Shown here: piece after piece, positions 1 through 8,431 of the stretch | Numbering within the stretch: the stretch's first letter is position 1 | Layout: each line of letters starts with the position of its first letter | Assembly (NCBI GenBank): GCA_963720265.1 | Contig: CAVRET010000002.1 | Location: forward strand, 1,072,069-1,108,292 | Source of the DNA: an uncultured bacterium | Lineage (GTDB): Bacteria > Patescibacteriota > Saccharimonadia > UBA4664 | Length of the DNA: 36,224 nt | Direction of reading: 5' to 3' | The notes under the pieces: model-generated | The model's database searches: none | Seen by the model: only the letters and a program-made list of their open reading frames with translations | What the model was told of the DNA's origin: nothing | Program-made: the position numbers and the translations under genes

Positions 1-1
1 G

Positions 2-3000
2 GCTGAAGAAACCACCGGCACCGCCGCCGGCAACGGCATCGAGGAGGTTATTGGCACGATTCTCGCTACCAATACCACCTATACCTTCTCGTTCTACGCC
101 AAGGCTGACACCTCTACGCCCGACATCACCGACCTGCAAGCCGGCTACTCGAGCGCCGGCACGACAGGCGGCGAGGCCAACTGCACCCTCAACTCCACCA
201 CCGTCATCACAGCCGGCTGGATGCGCTACATTTGCACCTTCACCACTTCGGGCACCGCTCCGGTCGCCGGCGCCTTCATGTACATCGACCATAGCGGCGG
301 CGTCAACGATGTCTTCTACATCGACGCCGCCCAGCTCGAAACCGGCAGTTTTGCTTCTCCCTACGGCCAGGGCCAGCTCAACCTCAACGCAACCATTAAT
401 TCGCCGGTAAATTTCCAGGAGACTGCCAACTCCACCACCGCTTTCCAGATCACAAACACTATTGGCACGAACATCTTGGACGTCGACACCTTCGATAATA
501 ATCAAAATAACCAGGCCACAAACCCAAGCTTCGAAACCGGCATGACGGGCTGGGCGGCCAAAACCGGCTGTACCCTCACGCAAGACAACACGACCGCCTA
601 CAACGGCTCATCATCAGCCAAATGCGTAAACACCGCCACAGCCAGCGCCGGTATGAACATGACCGGCATCAGCCCTGTTATGGTCAGTGGCACTACTTAC
701 ACGCTGGCACTTTATGCCAAGGCCTCGGCCAATATGACAACCTTTGAAATCGGCTACTCCAACAACGGCACCACCGACACTCCGTGTCTCACCGCCCAGA
801 GCCTGACCTCGCTCGGCTGGAAACGCTATACTTGTACCTTCACTGCTGCCGCGCAATCCGGCACGCCCTATGTTTACGCCAAGCAAACCGATGCCACTGT
901 CCGCACTATCTGGGTTGACGCAGTCACGCTCGAAACCGACGCCAACGCCTCCACCAACTATCGCGACGGCCGCATATCGCTCGGCAACGCCACCATCTCG
1001 AGTCCGGCCGTCTTCCAGACTAATACCAACTCATCAACCGCCTTCCAAGTCCAAAACGCCGGCGGGATCCAGGTCTTCGACATCGACACCGCCAGCGACC
1101 CGGATCTGGTGGCCAACTCCGGCTTCGAAGTGAACTCGGTCGGCTGGGCCACGATGGACGGCGCCACCAACCTTATCCGCGATACATCCAAATCCTACGT
1201 CGGCATCGCTTCTGGAAAGGTTCAAACCGCCGCCACGGCCAACTCCGGCATGCGCTACACGTTCTCCACTCAGCTGCCGGCCGTGGCCGCTACCTCCTAT
1301 ACGCTCTCAGCCTACGTTGAGGTTAGCGCTGCCGACGCTACCCTTACGCTGGGCTACAACAACGGCACTACCGACGCCGACTGCACCACCACACCGACAC
1401 CTTCAGCCACCGTGCCTGCGACCACTGGCTGGACCCGCTTCGTGTGCCAAACCCCGGTCAACACGGCCATTAGCTCGATCTTTGTCAGCTCCGGCACTAC
1501 CGCTGTTACTGCCGTGAACGTCGACGGTGTGCAAATGGTGCTTGGCTCGACCGCCGTCGCCTTCGGCAACTCCAACATCACCTTCAACGGCATCTTCACC
1601 TCGCCCATCGACATCCGCAATCCCAATGACAACACTACTGAGTTCCAGGTTCAAGACGCCAACTCGGTTAACCTTCTCGCAATTGATAGTCTCAACTCAA
1701 TCGTCAGCCTCGGCATTACCGGCGCCACCGCCATCGCCGGCACCGATAACATTGGCACCGGCACTGGTGCGGCCCAAACCGTTAATATCGGAAGCACCGA
1801 CGGCACCGGCTCCGTCAACATTAGCTCCGGCTCGGGCGCCATTAATATCGGCGATGACGCCGGCACCGAAGAGATCGACATCGGAGGTGTCACTAATACC
1901 GGCATCCACGCCGTCAAGATCGGCACCAACGCCACAGACACCGGAGCCATCACTATTGGCAACAACACAGCCGCCACCGCCGTCAGCATCGATGCCGGCA
2001 ACACCGGCCTGCTCCAGATCGGTAACTCCACTGCCGCCCACACCATCGACATCGGGGACGCCGGCGCCGCGGCGGGCAACGCTCAAAACATCCTTATCGG
2101 CTCAGACACCACCACTACAGCCAGCAAGCTCATCCTCGACGCCGGCAACAATGCCACTGCCAGCGGTACGTCGGGTGTTATCATCGGCTCCGCCACCACC
2201 GATGCTAACCAGGTCAATCTCCAACTTGACAGCTCATCAAGCTACACTGAAACTGCCAGCACCTGCTCCACCACTGTCAACCAGGGGGCCATGTACTACA
2301 ACACCGCTTCCCAAAGCATTCGCACATGCGACGTCGGCGGCAGTTGGGACGATGTGCTCACCACCCAGGGATTGGGCCTCATGCTCTTCGGCATCCTCTC
2401 CGATAGCGGCGCCGCTCCCGGTGACCTGGCCTCGCTCGAAACTGCGGGCGTATCTGGCCCGTGCAAAGTTTCGTGGAACTCCGCCACTACCATCAACATT
2501 TCTGCCTGCACGGCCTATTCCGGCGGCCGGAAAGTCGTTGTCGCCGCGCAGGCCGCCGTCGCTATTACCACCACCACGGCCGATCGCTGGGAAAACGTCT
2601 GTCTCACCGGCACAAGCAACCAGCCCGCCCTCGTCGGCGGCGGCTCCGGCGCTGCACAAACCACCGCGGCCATCGCCCCGACCTTTAGCCTGACTGCACC
2701 AATACTTTGCCTGGCCACAATCGAGAACGGCACGGCCACCAGTGGCTCGATGGCGACCGGCGGTGAAATCTACGATACGCGGACATTCATTGAAACCACC
2801 AAGGAAGCCGTCACGGCCACTGTCGCCGATCCTATCGGAGACATGGCGCAGGTCGACGGCTCGGGCATCGAGCCGTCCACTGGCGTTGGTGTCGCTAACC
2901 AAGAGGGGGTAGTAGTGGCTAGCAATAACACGGCAGTTACCGGGGGCGTACCCGATGCGATCATTGCCACCAATGGGCCGGCTTGGGTCAACCAGGTCTT

Positions 3001-3196
3001 TGCGACGGCGTCGGTCCTCGGCGACGACGTTGAAGCCGGAGCCGGCGGCTTTGCCGAAGCCCCAAACGCGACCTTTGCCACTGCCAACTATCAGTTCATA
3101 GGTGTAAGCCACCAGGCCTGGACCGCCAGCACTGCCTGCGCCTCGGCCATCACCTGTCAGCTCTCACTATTTGTGAACTTAACCATCGGCCCATAA
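2..3196 (+). CDS. Large repetitive surface/adhesin-like protein (5'-truncated) with tandem CBM4/9-like domains, IxIG repeats and a fibre-like C-terminal region
   Basis: The frame of ORF 221..3196 is open back to position 2. It has repeated N(P/S)xFE...GW...YT(L/F)SxY...C...GWxRxxC...DxVQ units joined by NSTTAFQ(I/V)xN linkers and is T/G/A/S/N rich. Confidence 0.85.
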   Translation, partial: AEETTGTAAGNGIEEVIGTILATNTTYTFSFYAKADTSTPDITDLQAGYSSAGTTGGEANCTLNSTTVITAGWMRYICTFTTSGTAPVAGAFMYIDHSGGVNDVFYIDAAQLETGSFASPYGQGQLNLNATINSPVNFQETANSTTAFQITNTIGTNILDVDTFDNNQNNQATNPSFETGMTGWAAKTGCTLTQDNTTAYNGSSSAKCVNTATASAGMNMTGISPVMVSGTTYTLALYAKASANMTTFEIGYSNNGTTDTPCLTAQSLTSLGWKRYTCTFTAAAQSGTPYVYAKQTDATVRTIWVDAVTLETDANASTNYRDGRISLGNATISSPAVFQTNTNSSTAFQVQNAGGIQVFDIDTASDPDLVANSGFEVNSVGWATMDGATNLIRDTSKSYVGIASGKVQTAATANSGMRYTFSTQLPAVAATSYTLSAYVEVSAADATLTLGYNNGTTDADCTTTPTPSATVPATTGWTRFVCQTPVNTAISSIFVSSGTTAVTAVNVDGVQMVLGSTAVAFGNSNITFNGIFTSPIDIRNPNDNTTEFQVQDANSVNLLAIDSLNSIVSLGITGATAIAGTDNIGTGTGAAQTVNIGSTDGTGSVNISSGSGAINIGDDAGTEEIDIGGVTNTGIHAVKIGTNATDTGAITIGNNTAATAVSIDAGNTGLLQIGNSTAAHTIDIGDAGAAAGNAQNILIGSDTTTTASKLILDAGNNATASGTSGVIIGSATTDANQVNLQLDSSSSYTETASTCSTTVNQGAMYYNTASQSIRTCDVGGSWDDVLTTQGLGLMLFGILSDSGAAPGDLASLETAGVSGPCKVSWNSATTINISACTAYSGGRKVVVAAQAAVAITTTTADRWENVCLTGTSNQPALVGGGSGAAQTTAAIAPTFSLTAPILCLATIENGTATSGSMATGGEIYDTRTFIETTKEAVTATVADPIGDMAQVDGSGIEPSTGVGVANQEGVVVASNNTAVTGGVPDAIIATNGPAWVNQVFATASVLGDDVEAGAGGFAEAPNATFATANYQFIGVSHQAWTASTACASAITCQLSLFVNLTIGP

Positions 3197-3240
3197 AGTA
3201 CATTCAGTCCAAGCGCCCCAAAACCCGATATAATAACCTC

Positions 3241-3732
3241 ATGCGTAAGTGGTATTGGCGAGTAGTGGGGACGGTGGTGGGAATTGGCGCGGTCGCAGCA
3301 CTGGTGCTCGTGTTGCTGCCCAAGCCAATGGTACCAAGCAAAACCAGGCAGCAACTAGCATCCACGTTGATCCTGCCCACCGGCAAGCAATTCGCGGTCA
3401 ACCGTGCCACCGTGAAGTACGACAGCAACCTCAAAGTGCTAAGCTTCACCACTCATGCGTTTGGGGGCACGCTCATTATCAGCGAACAGCCCACACCGGA
3501 AAGCTTTACCGATGTACCGGCCGTTTACCAAAAAGTCACCGATCAAATGAACGACTACTATGATTTCGCCACTAGCCTTGGCACCGTTCACCTGACGACA
3601 CCGACGCAACTCAGCGGCAAGCAAACCGCTGTCATTAATGCCGCTGGTACGCTGACGTTCATAAAGCCATCAAGTAATCTATCAGCCACCCAATGGCGTC
3701 AATTCTTCACCAGTTTCCAGGTTGTAAACTAG
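3241..3732 (+). CDS. Hypothetical protein with N-terminal membrane anchor
   Basis: 163-aa ORF with a hydrophobic N-terminus; TATAAT at 3229-3234. Confidence 0.8.
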   Translation: MRKWYWRVVGTVVGIGAVAALVLVLLPKPMVPSKTRQQLASTLILPTGKQFAVNRATVKYDSNLKVLSFTTHAFGGTLIISEQPTPESFTDVPAVYQKVTDQMNDYYDFATSLGTVHLTTPTQLSGKQTAVINAAGTLTFIKPSSNLSATQWRQFFTSFQVVN

Positions 3733-3817
3733 CCATAGTGGCTACTTGCATGTTCGCAAAGCGTTCGGTACAATCAGATCAGAAATAAGGGGTATACTAA
3801 CCAAGAAGGGGATCGCT

Positions 3818-4012
3818 ATGTCGCTCACGAAAGATGATCTGAATCAAATTAGTCAAATTGTAAGGACCGAGGTTTCAGGTTTGAGATCCGATATGGACCG
3901 CATGGAAAGCCGTATAACCACGGCTATCAGCTTGCTGCAGCGCGATACTTATTCCCGCCTCGATGATCATGAGGTCCGTATCACCAAACTTGAACAGGCG
4001 ACTCCTCGTTAG
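3818..4012 (+). CDS. Small coiled-coil hypothetical protein
   Basis: MSLTKDDLNQISQIV...HEVRITKLE heptad pattern; purine-rich AAGGGGA upstream of ATG 3818. Confidence 0.7.
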   Translation: MSLTKDDLNQISQIVRTEVSGLRSDMDRMESRITTAISLLQRDTYSRLDDHEVRITKLEQATPR

Positions 4013-4091
4013 GAGCCGCGTCCAGTATTGAAAAACCGCCTGGCCTTAGGTACAATTTGCCAGTACCTTTTTAGACCGGCCGGCAAACCGT

Positions 4092-4167
4092 GGCGAGATA
4101 GCTCAGTTGGTAGAGCAGTGGCCTGAAGAGCCTCGTGTCCTCGGTTCGAGTCCGAGTCTCGCCACCA
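4092..4167 (+). tRNA. tRNA-Phe(GAA)
   Basis: 76-nt cloverleaf with GGCGAGA/TCTCGCC acceptor stem, loop CT-GAA-GA, TTCGAGT T-loop and CCA end; one U-U mismatch in the anticodon stem. Confidence 0.95.
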
Positions 4168-4191
4168 TAGCATTTATCCGTTCAACCCCAT

Positions 4192-4267
4192 GCGGGTGTA
4201 GCTCAGTTGTTAGAGCGCTTCCTTGCCAAGGAAGAGGTCCAGGGTTAGAGTCCCTGTACCCGCACCA
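4192..4267 (+). tRNA. tRNA-Gly(GCC)
   Basis: GCGGGTG/TACCCGC acceptor stem, CTTCC-TTGCCAA-GGAAG anticodon arm and CCA end; atypical T-loop TTAGAGT. Confidence 0.95.
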
Positions 4268-4477
4268 TTGAACTTATGCTTAAATATTGGACCTCTTCCC
4301 GGCAAGGGGAAGCCAAAAACGCAAAATCAATGATTTTTGCACTAATCTGTAAAAACGCTCAGAAATGAGTGTTTTTACTTTACATAAGCCATTATCAGAA
4401 GTTTGATTCCCCGAAGGGTCCTTCGGGGACGTCTTCAGAACCCTACAGGTAGCGGGCCAACTGGGCCTCCTCCTGGA
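4262..4477 (+). repeat. 216-bp non-coding repeat R1, copy 1 (putative att arm)
   Basis: GCACCATTGAACTTATGCTTAAAT...CTGGGCCTCCTCCTGGA; colinear with 5727-5942 and with the reverse complement of 12093-12308. Confidence 0.95.
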
Positions 4478-4530
4478 TATAGGTGTGGTCTATCGGTTAT
4501 TGTTCGCAAACGATATATAATGAAGGAGTT

Positions 4531-5214
4531 ATGGCTTATATAATCGTAGCCGACGAGATAAAGAAGACATTACCCGGCTATACTCCAGACCAAGCGGAGA
4601 ACTTTCATGAAGCTTCAGCCAAGCTGGCAGATAAAGCTTACTCACAAGCACTGAAAGAGCGGCCTGAGAATGCCGTAATATTGATGAGTGGCGGGGCTGC
4701 TTCAGGTAAATCAGAATATATCTCCGTTTATCTCGCAAACACTGAGGCTATAGTGCTAGATGGCACATTGCCGACATTTGAAGGTGCCAGCATTAAAATA
4801 CGCAATGCCCGTAAAGCTAATAAATCTGTTGAAGTTCATGCGATCCTGCCGTCGAGCCTACCCGTCGCATTCACAGCCTTTCTGAACCGAGACAGGAAGT
4901 TTCCAGTCGAGCATTTTTATCGGACGCACAGCAGCTCACGCAAAACCCTACTAGGGGTAGCTGGAGAATTTGTCGATGTCCCTGTAACAATAGTTATTAG
5001 CAATGGAGAGCCAACTTCGGGAATGACATTTATTAAACAAGAATTTGCAGATCGGCAACAACTCGTTGAATTCGTCAAGACCCAGCAGTATACTGAAGAT
5101 GCAATTAGAGATCTATTATGGCCAGCAGGACACTTCCAAAACCACCAGCATCTAACACCCAAGTTCAGGAGTATATGGCGGCTGTGCGTAAAGGCGCAAA
5201 CAGTGTATTTGTGA
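4531..5214 (+). CDS. Zeta-toxin-like P-loop kinase
   Basis: Walker A GGAASGKS, IVLDGTL and ADEIKKTLPGY motifs; AAGGAG before ATG 4531. Confidence 0.75.
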   Translation: MAYIIVADEIKKTLPGYTPDQAENFHEASAKLADKAYSQALKERPENAVILMSGGAASGKSEYISVYLANTEAIVLDGTLPTFEGASIKIRNARKANKSVEVHAILPSSLPVAFTAFLNRDRKFPVEHFYRTHSSSRKTLLGVAGEFVDVPVTIVISNGEPTSGMTFIKQEFADRQQLVEFVKTQQYTEDAIRDLLWPAGHFQNHQHLTPKFRSIWRLCVKAQTVYL

Positions 5215-5390
5215 TGCAAAAAAATGAAGGCTGGAGCGTGCGACCAGCAATCGAACCCGCCAAGGCAGTCATTTTTGCCTCGAAGGACGAGGCACTTCAA
5301 AAAGCCAAATCGACCGCTGAGTCGAAACATGGTGAGGTCTTCGTATTTGACCAAGCTGGTTCCCTGATTGGCCACGAGTCAGCAACCTAA
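5118..5390 (+). CDS. DUF2188-like small protein
   Basis: Pattern EGWSVR...FASKDEALQKAK...EVFVFDQAGSL. Confidence 0.7.
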   Translation: MASRTLPKPPASNTQVQEYMAAVRKGANSVFVMQKNEGWSVRPAIEPAKAVIFASKDEALQKAKSTAESKHGEVFVFDQAGSLIGHESAT

Positions 5391-5406
5391 CCTCCTGGCG
5401 TACGTA

Positions 5407-5733
5407 TTACGCTAAGGGCCCTACATTCACATTGCATGCCGGCAATCTCAGCTCCACGCCTGCTTTACGCAGTTGTAGAGCCACCGTCTTTCTATCAACC
5501 CCATACTTCGCGGCCAACTCTCGCAACGATCGGCCGGCCGCATAGTCAGCCGCTACATTCTTAATATCCATCTTCCTTCGAGCAGGCGAGAGTCGATGTT
5601 TGGGCTTCGGCTTATTCCATCGTTGATCATATTTAGCTACAACTGGGTCTTGCATCCCGTGTAGGCTCTGGTATGCTCTCTGTACTCTCGCCGCGCCTGA
5701 AAAGTTCTGAAGCTGAAGATGAAGGTGCACCAT
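5407..5733 (-). CDS. Helix-turn-helix protein, copy 1 (cassette-end gene; start codon at the att core)
   Basis: DYAAGRSLRELAAKYGVDRKTVALQLRKAGVELR HTH; paralogous to 6853-7185, with many synonymous differences. Confidence 0.75.
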   Translation of the reverse strand: MVHLHLQLQNFSGAARVQRAYQSLHGMQDPVVAKYDQRWNKPKPKHRLSPARRKMDIKNVAADYAAGRSLRELAAKYGVDRKTVALQLRKAGVELRLPACNVNVGPLA

Positions 5734-5942
5734 TGAACTTATGCTTAAATATTGGGCCTCCTCCTGGCAAGGGGAAGCCAAAAATGCAAAAACAACAAAT
5801 TTGACGTTAATCTGTAGAAACACTCAGAAATGAGTGTTTCTACTTTACATAAGCCATTATTAAAAGTTTGAGTCCCTGTAGGGTCCTTCGGGGACGTCTT
5901 CAGAACTCTACAGGTAGCGGACCAGCTGGGCCTCCTCCTGGA
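5727..5942 (+). repeat. 216-bp repeat R1, copy 2
   Basis: Same length and colinear with copy 1; contains a perfect internal 15-bp direct repeat TGGGCCTCCTCCTGG (5753-5767, 5927-5941). Confidence 0.95.
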
Positions 5943-6012
5943 GGTCAAAATATGCTACTGAGCTGTGCCCCCTAAATTTCCTGAAACACTCATTTTCTGC
6001 TATAATATACTC

Positions 6013-6189
6013 ATGCATTCTACGTCACAAAATCGAGAGAAGAACGTCAGACAAGCTGTAGCCAATGAAAAGCTTGAAGGTTTAGAGGTATCTCGCGAGG
6101 CGCTCAAGATTGCTGACAGTTACGTAGTTGGAAAAGCCTCGGCAAAGACGGTTGCAGACAAAATTCGGGCTCGTTACGGAGCACTGTAG
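6013..6189 (+). CDS. VbhA-family antitoxin of a Fic toxin
   Basis: AVANEKLEG resembles the inhibitory (S/T)xxxE(G/N) motif; lies directly upstream of fic; TATAAT at 6001. Confidence 0.8.
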   Translation: MHSTSQNREKNVRQAVANEKLEGLEVSREALKIADSYVVGKASAKTVADKIRARYGAL

Positions 6190-6785
6190 TTGGCGATCGT
6201 CGATCCATATTTCGACGATACTATTGACGACCTCAGGAACCTATTAGGCGCCAACTCATCAGAAGAACTCAAGAAGCTAGAGCCTCAAGTTGTTTTTGCG
6301 AACGAACTTGAGCTCGATTCGATAGGTATACCACGCACAAATGATCTTACTGAACTGCTATTAATCCATCGTCAGCTTTTCAAGGGCGTCTATGATTGGG
6401 CAGGTAAAATCAGGACTGTTGATATCAAGAAAAATGCCGAGGGGGCCAAATACTTCTTGGTTGTTTCGAAGATTAATGATGCAGCCAACTATGTCTTTGG
6501 TGAACTCACCAAAGAGAAGCACTTACGAGGTTTATCTAAAGAGGAGTTCATCAATCGGTTAGCTTACTTTTACGACCAATTAATTACATCCACCCATTTC
6601 GCGAAGGCAATGGTCGGGCGCAACGAGTACTGTGGAATAGGATTGCTAAAGACTCAGGTTATGAGCTTGATTGGACGCTTGTAGTGGGTAGTGAAAATGA
6701 CGAAGCCTCTCGGGTGGCCTCTGAACAGATGGATTTATCCGGTCTCGTTGCAATGTTTACGAAAATAGTTCGATCTTTAACCTAG
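6190..6785 (+). pseudogene. Fic-family toxin, frameshifted
   Basis: The N-terminal part has IHRQLFKGVYDWAGKIRTVDI. After a 1-bp deletion near 6582 the other frame reads NYIHPFREGNGRAQR...KIVRSLT* (stop 6783-6785). Confidence 0.9.
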
Positions 6786-6852
6786 CGCACAAAAGGCATG
6801 TGACCGTGTATACGAGTTGCTTTGTCAAGGGAGAGAACATGGGCTGAAGCTC

Positions 6853-7185
6853 CTATTGGCCGAGCGCACACACCCACACATTACATCCCGGCAATCTCAG
6901 CTCCACGGCTGCTTTGCGCAGTTGTAGCGCCACTGTCTTTCTATCAACTCCGTATTTTGCAGCCAACTCTCGTAGCGATTTACCGGCCCCATAATCAGCC
7001 GCCAGGTCATCAATATTAATTTTACGACGATAGAGGGAAAGACGGGGTTTGTGTAGCGGATCATCATTCCAGCGTGCAAGATATCTAGCCTCAAATGGGT
7101 CTTGCATCCCATGCAGGCTCTGGTAAGTTCTCTCCACACGCATCTTGTCTGAAAAGTTCTGAAGCCGTAGACATAGGTGCACCAT
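6853..7185 (-). CDS. Helix-turn-helix protein, copy 2
   Basis: MVHLCLRLQNFS...SLRELAAKYGVDRKTVALQLRKA; roughly 70% identical to copy 1 by eye. Confidence 0.75.
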   Translation of the reverse strand: MVHLCLRLQNFSDKMRVERTYQSLHGMQDPFEARYLARWNDDPLHKPRLSLYRRKINIDDLAADYGAGKSLRELAAKYGVDRKTVALQLRKAAVELRLPGCNVWVCALGQ

Positions 7186-7359
7186 TAGGGAATTATCGGA
7201 CGCTTCGGCGTCCTTTTCCGTGCCCGCTAATCTATAGAGAATACTCACTTCAGGGATGTGAACTTTATTCTCCTTAGTCCAAAAAAATCCGCCTGGAAAA
7301 ACGATCTGTTCACACCTAACTCTATGCTCCTGTGATATTTTGAGGAACCTGCTACCCAT
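7186..7359 (-). pseudogene. Probable C-terminal remnant of a large serine recombinase, in frame with HTH copy 2
   Basis: RCEQIVFPGGFFWTKENKVHIPEVSILYRLAGTEKDAEASDNSL-MV resembles, from recall, the C-termini of Patescibacteria recombinase-family proteins that run into tRNA 3' ends; no catalytic domain is present. Confidence 0.6.
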
Positions 7360-7407
7360 GCTGCGTGCACCGTTGTCTCAATAAACATTGGAAGCTACAA
7401 TATAGCT

Positions 7408-7707
7408 ATGAAAGAAGTACAGCCAACAAATCAAGAGCGACTAATTGCCAATATTCTCCGAGCGCATGGCGTGGTTAAGGCTGCCCTATTTGGCTCGTAC
7501 GCACGTGGCGAAGCTGGCCCTCGCAGCGACATTGATCTTCTGGTAGGCTTCCCTGAAGGAACCACTCTATTTGATGTGGTGAACATTCAGGATGACCTAG
7601 AACGGGCACTTGGTTGTAAGGTGGATCTTGTTTCGCAGCGGCATCTGAGCCCGCGACTCGAGAAACGTATCGAGCCTGATCTTAAACCGCTGGCTCTTAA
7701 TCAATGA
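7408..7707 (+). CDS. Minimal nucleotidyltransferase (MNT/MntA-type antitoxin)
   Basis: LFGSYARGE...SDIDLLV...KVDLV motif. Confidence 0.92.
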   Translation: MKEVQPTNQERLIANILRAHGVVKAALFGSYARGEAGPRSDIDLLVGFPEGTTLFDVVNIQDDLERALGCKVDLVSQRHLSPRLEKRIEPDLKPLALNQ

Positions 7708-8027
7708 CAAAACGCGACGATTCGTTTCACCTTGAAGGAATCCGAGAACACGTTCTGGCTATTCGTCAGTACTTGCCGTCCACTAAAGGAGCATATCTAG
7801 CGGACGAGAAAACGCAAGACGCCGTTCTGATGCGCTTATTAGCTTTGGGTGAAGAGGTTGACCGGCTTAGCGACGAATTTAAGGCCGATCATCCAGAGCT
7901 TGATTGGTTCAAGATAGTTGGGCTTAGAAATCGCATCGCGCATGGCTATTTTCAGGTCGACCCCGAGATTGTTTGGGAGACGGTAACAGACGATTCACTT
8001 AACCAGCTATTCAAAGTCACGGAGTGA
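7704..8027 (+). CDS. HEPN/DUF86 (HepT-like) RNase toxin
   Basis: GLRNRIAHGY (Rx4H) motif; ATGA overlap with MNT. Confidence 0.92.
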   Translation: MTKRDDSFHLEGIREHVLAIRQYLPSTKGAYLADEKTQDAVLMRLLALGEEVDRLSDEFKADHPELDWFKIVGLRNRIAHGYFQVDPEIVWETVTDDSLNQLFKVTE

Positions 8028-8242
8028 GCGCTCTAGTCTGAGTGACATTCATAGATCGAACACGGCTGACCAAGTACGTGGAAACACCGCTCTACGAGGG
8101 GGTCTTGTTAGCTGCGAACCACATTACGGACACAATACCGTACGATTGACGGCAACATGCTCTCACAATAACGCACCTGAACGGTCATAATACCGTGTCG
8201 CCACAGATACGAACATAAATAATTCGCTTGCCAAAGGTATTC

Positions 8243-8285
8243 GCCAAGGAAGAGGTCCAGGGTTAGAGTCCCTGTACCCGCACCA
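8243..8285 (+). repeat. Exact 43-bp duplicate of the 3' half of tRNA-Gly (attR-like)
   Basis: GCCAAGGAAGAGGTCCAGGGTTAGAGTCCCTGTACCCGCACCA is identical to 4225-4267. Confidence 0.95.
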
Positions 8286-8301
8286 TTTTAGATTTACAGA
8301 T

Positions 8302-8331
8302 AAGAAGGCGTCTCATTTTGGGCGTCTTTTT
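8302..8331 (+). terminator. Probable intrinsic terminator after the tRNA fragment
   Basis: Imperfect hairpin AGGCGTCTCA-TTT-TGGGCGTCT followed by a T run. Confidence 0.5.
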
Positions 8332-8431
8332 GTGTTTTCCAACTTCCATATCTGGAAGAGAGTTCGACTCCTCTCTGGGTCCTAACTTAGTAGTTCTTGA
8401 CTGCCGGTATAACCAAAGTTATACTTTAGAC

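Noticed and set aside
51-3112. Alternative-frame and antisense ORFs (e.g. 1527..2693 +, 2237..3112 -)
   Set aside because: These are shadows of the C-rich codon bias of the surface-protein gene and have low-complexity translations.
5734-5948. Coding potential inside R1 (5745..5948 and the N-terminal extension of 5407..5823)
   Set aside because: The reading frame is not conserved: copy 3 has an earlier stop in the equivalent frame.
8243-8285. Second tRNA-Gly gene
   Set aside because: It lacks the 5' acceptor strand and D-arm, so it is an att-type fragment.
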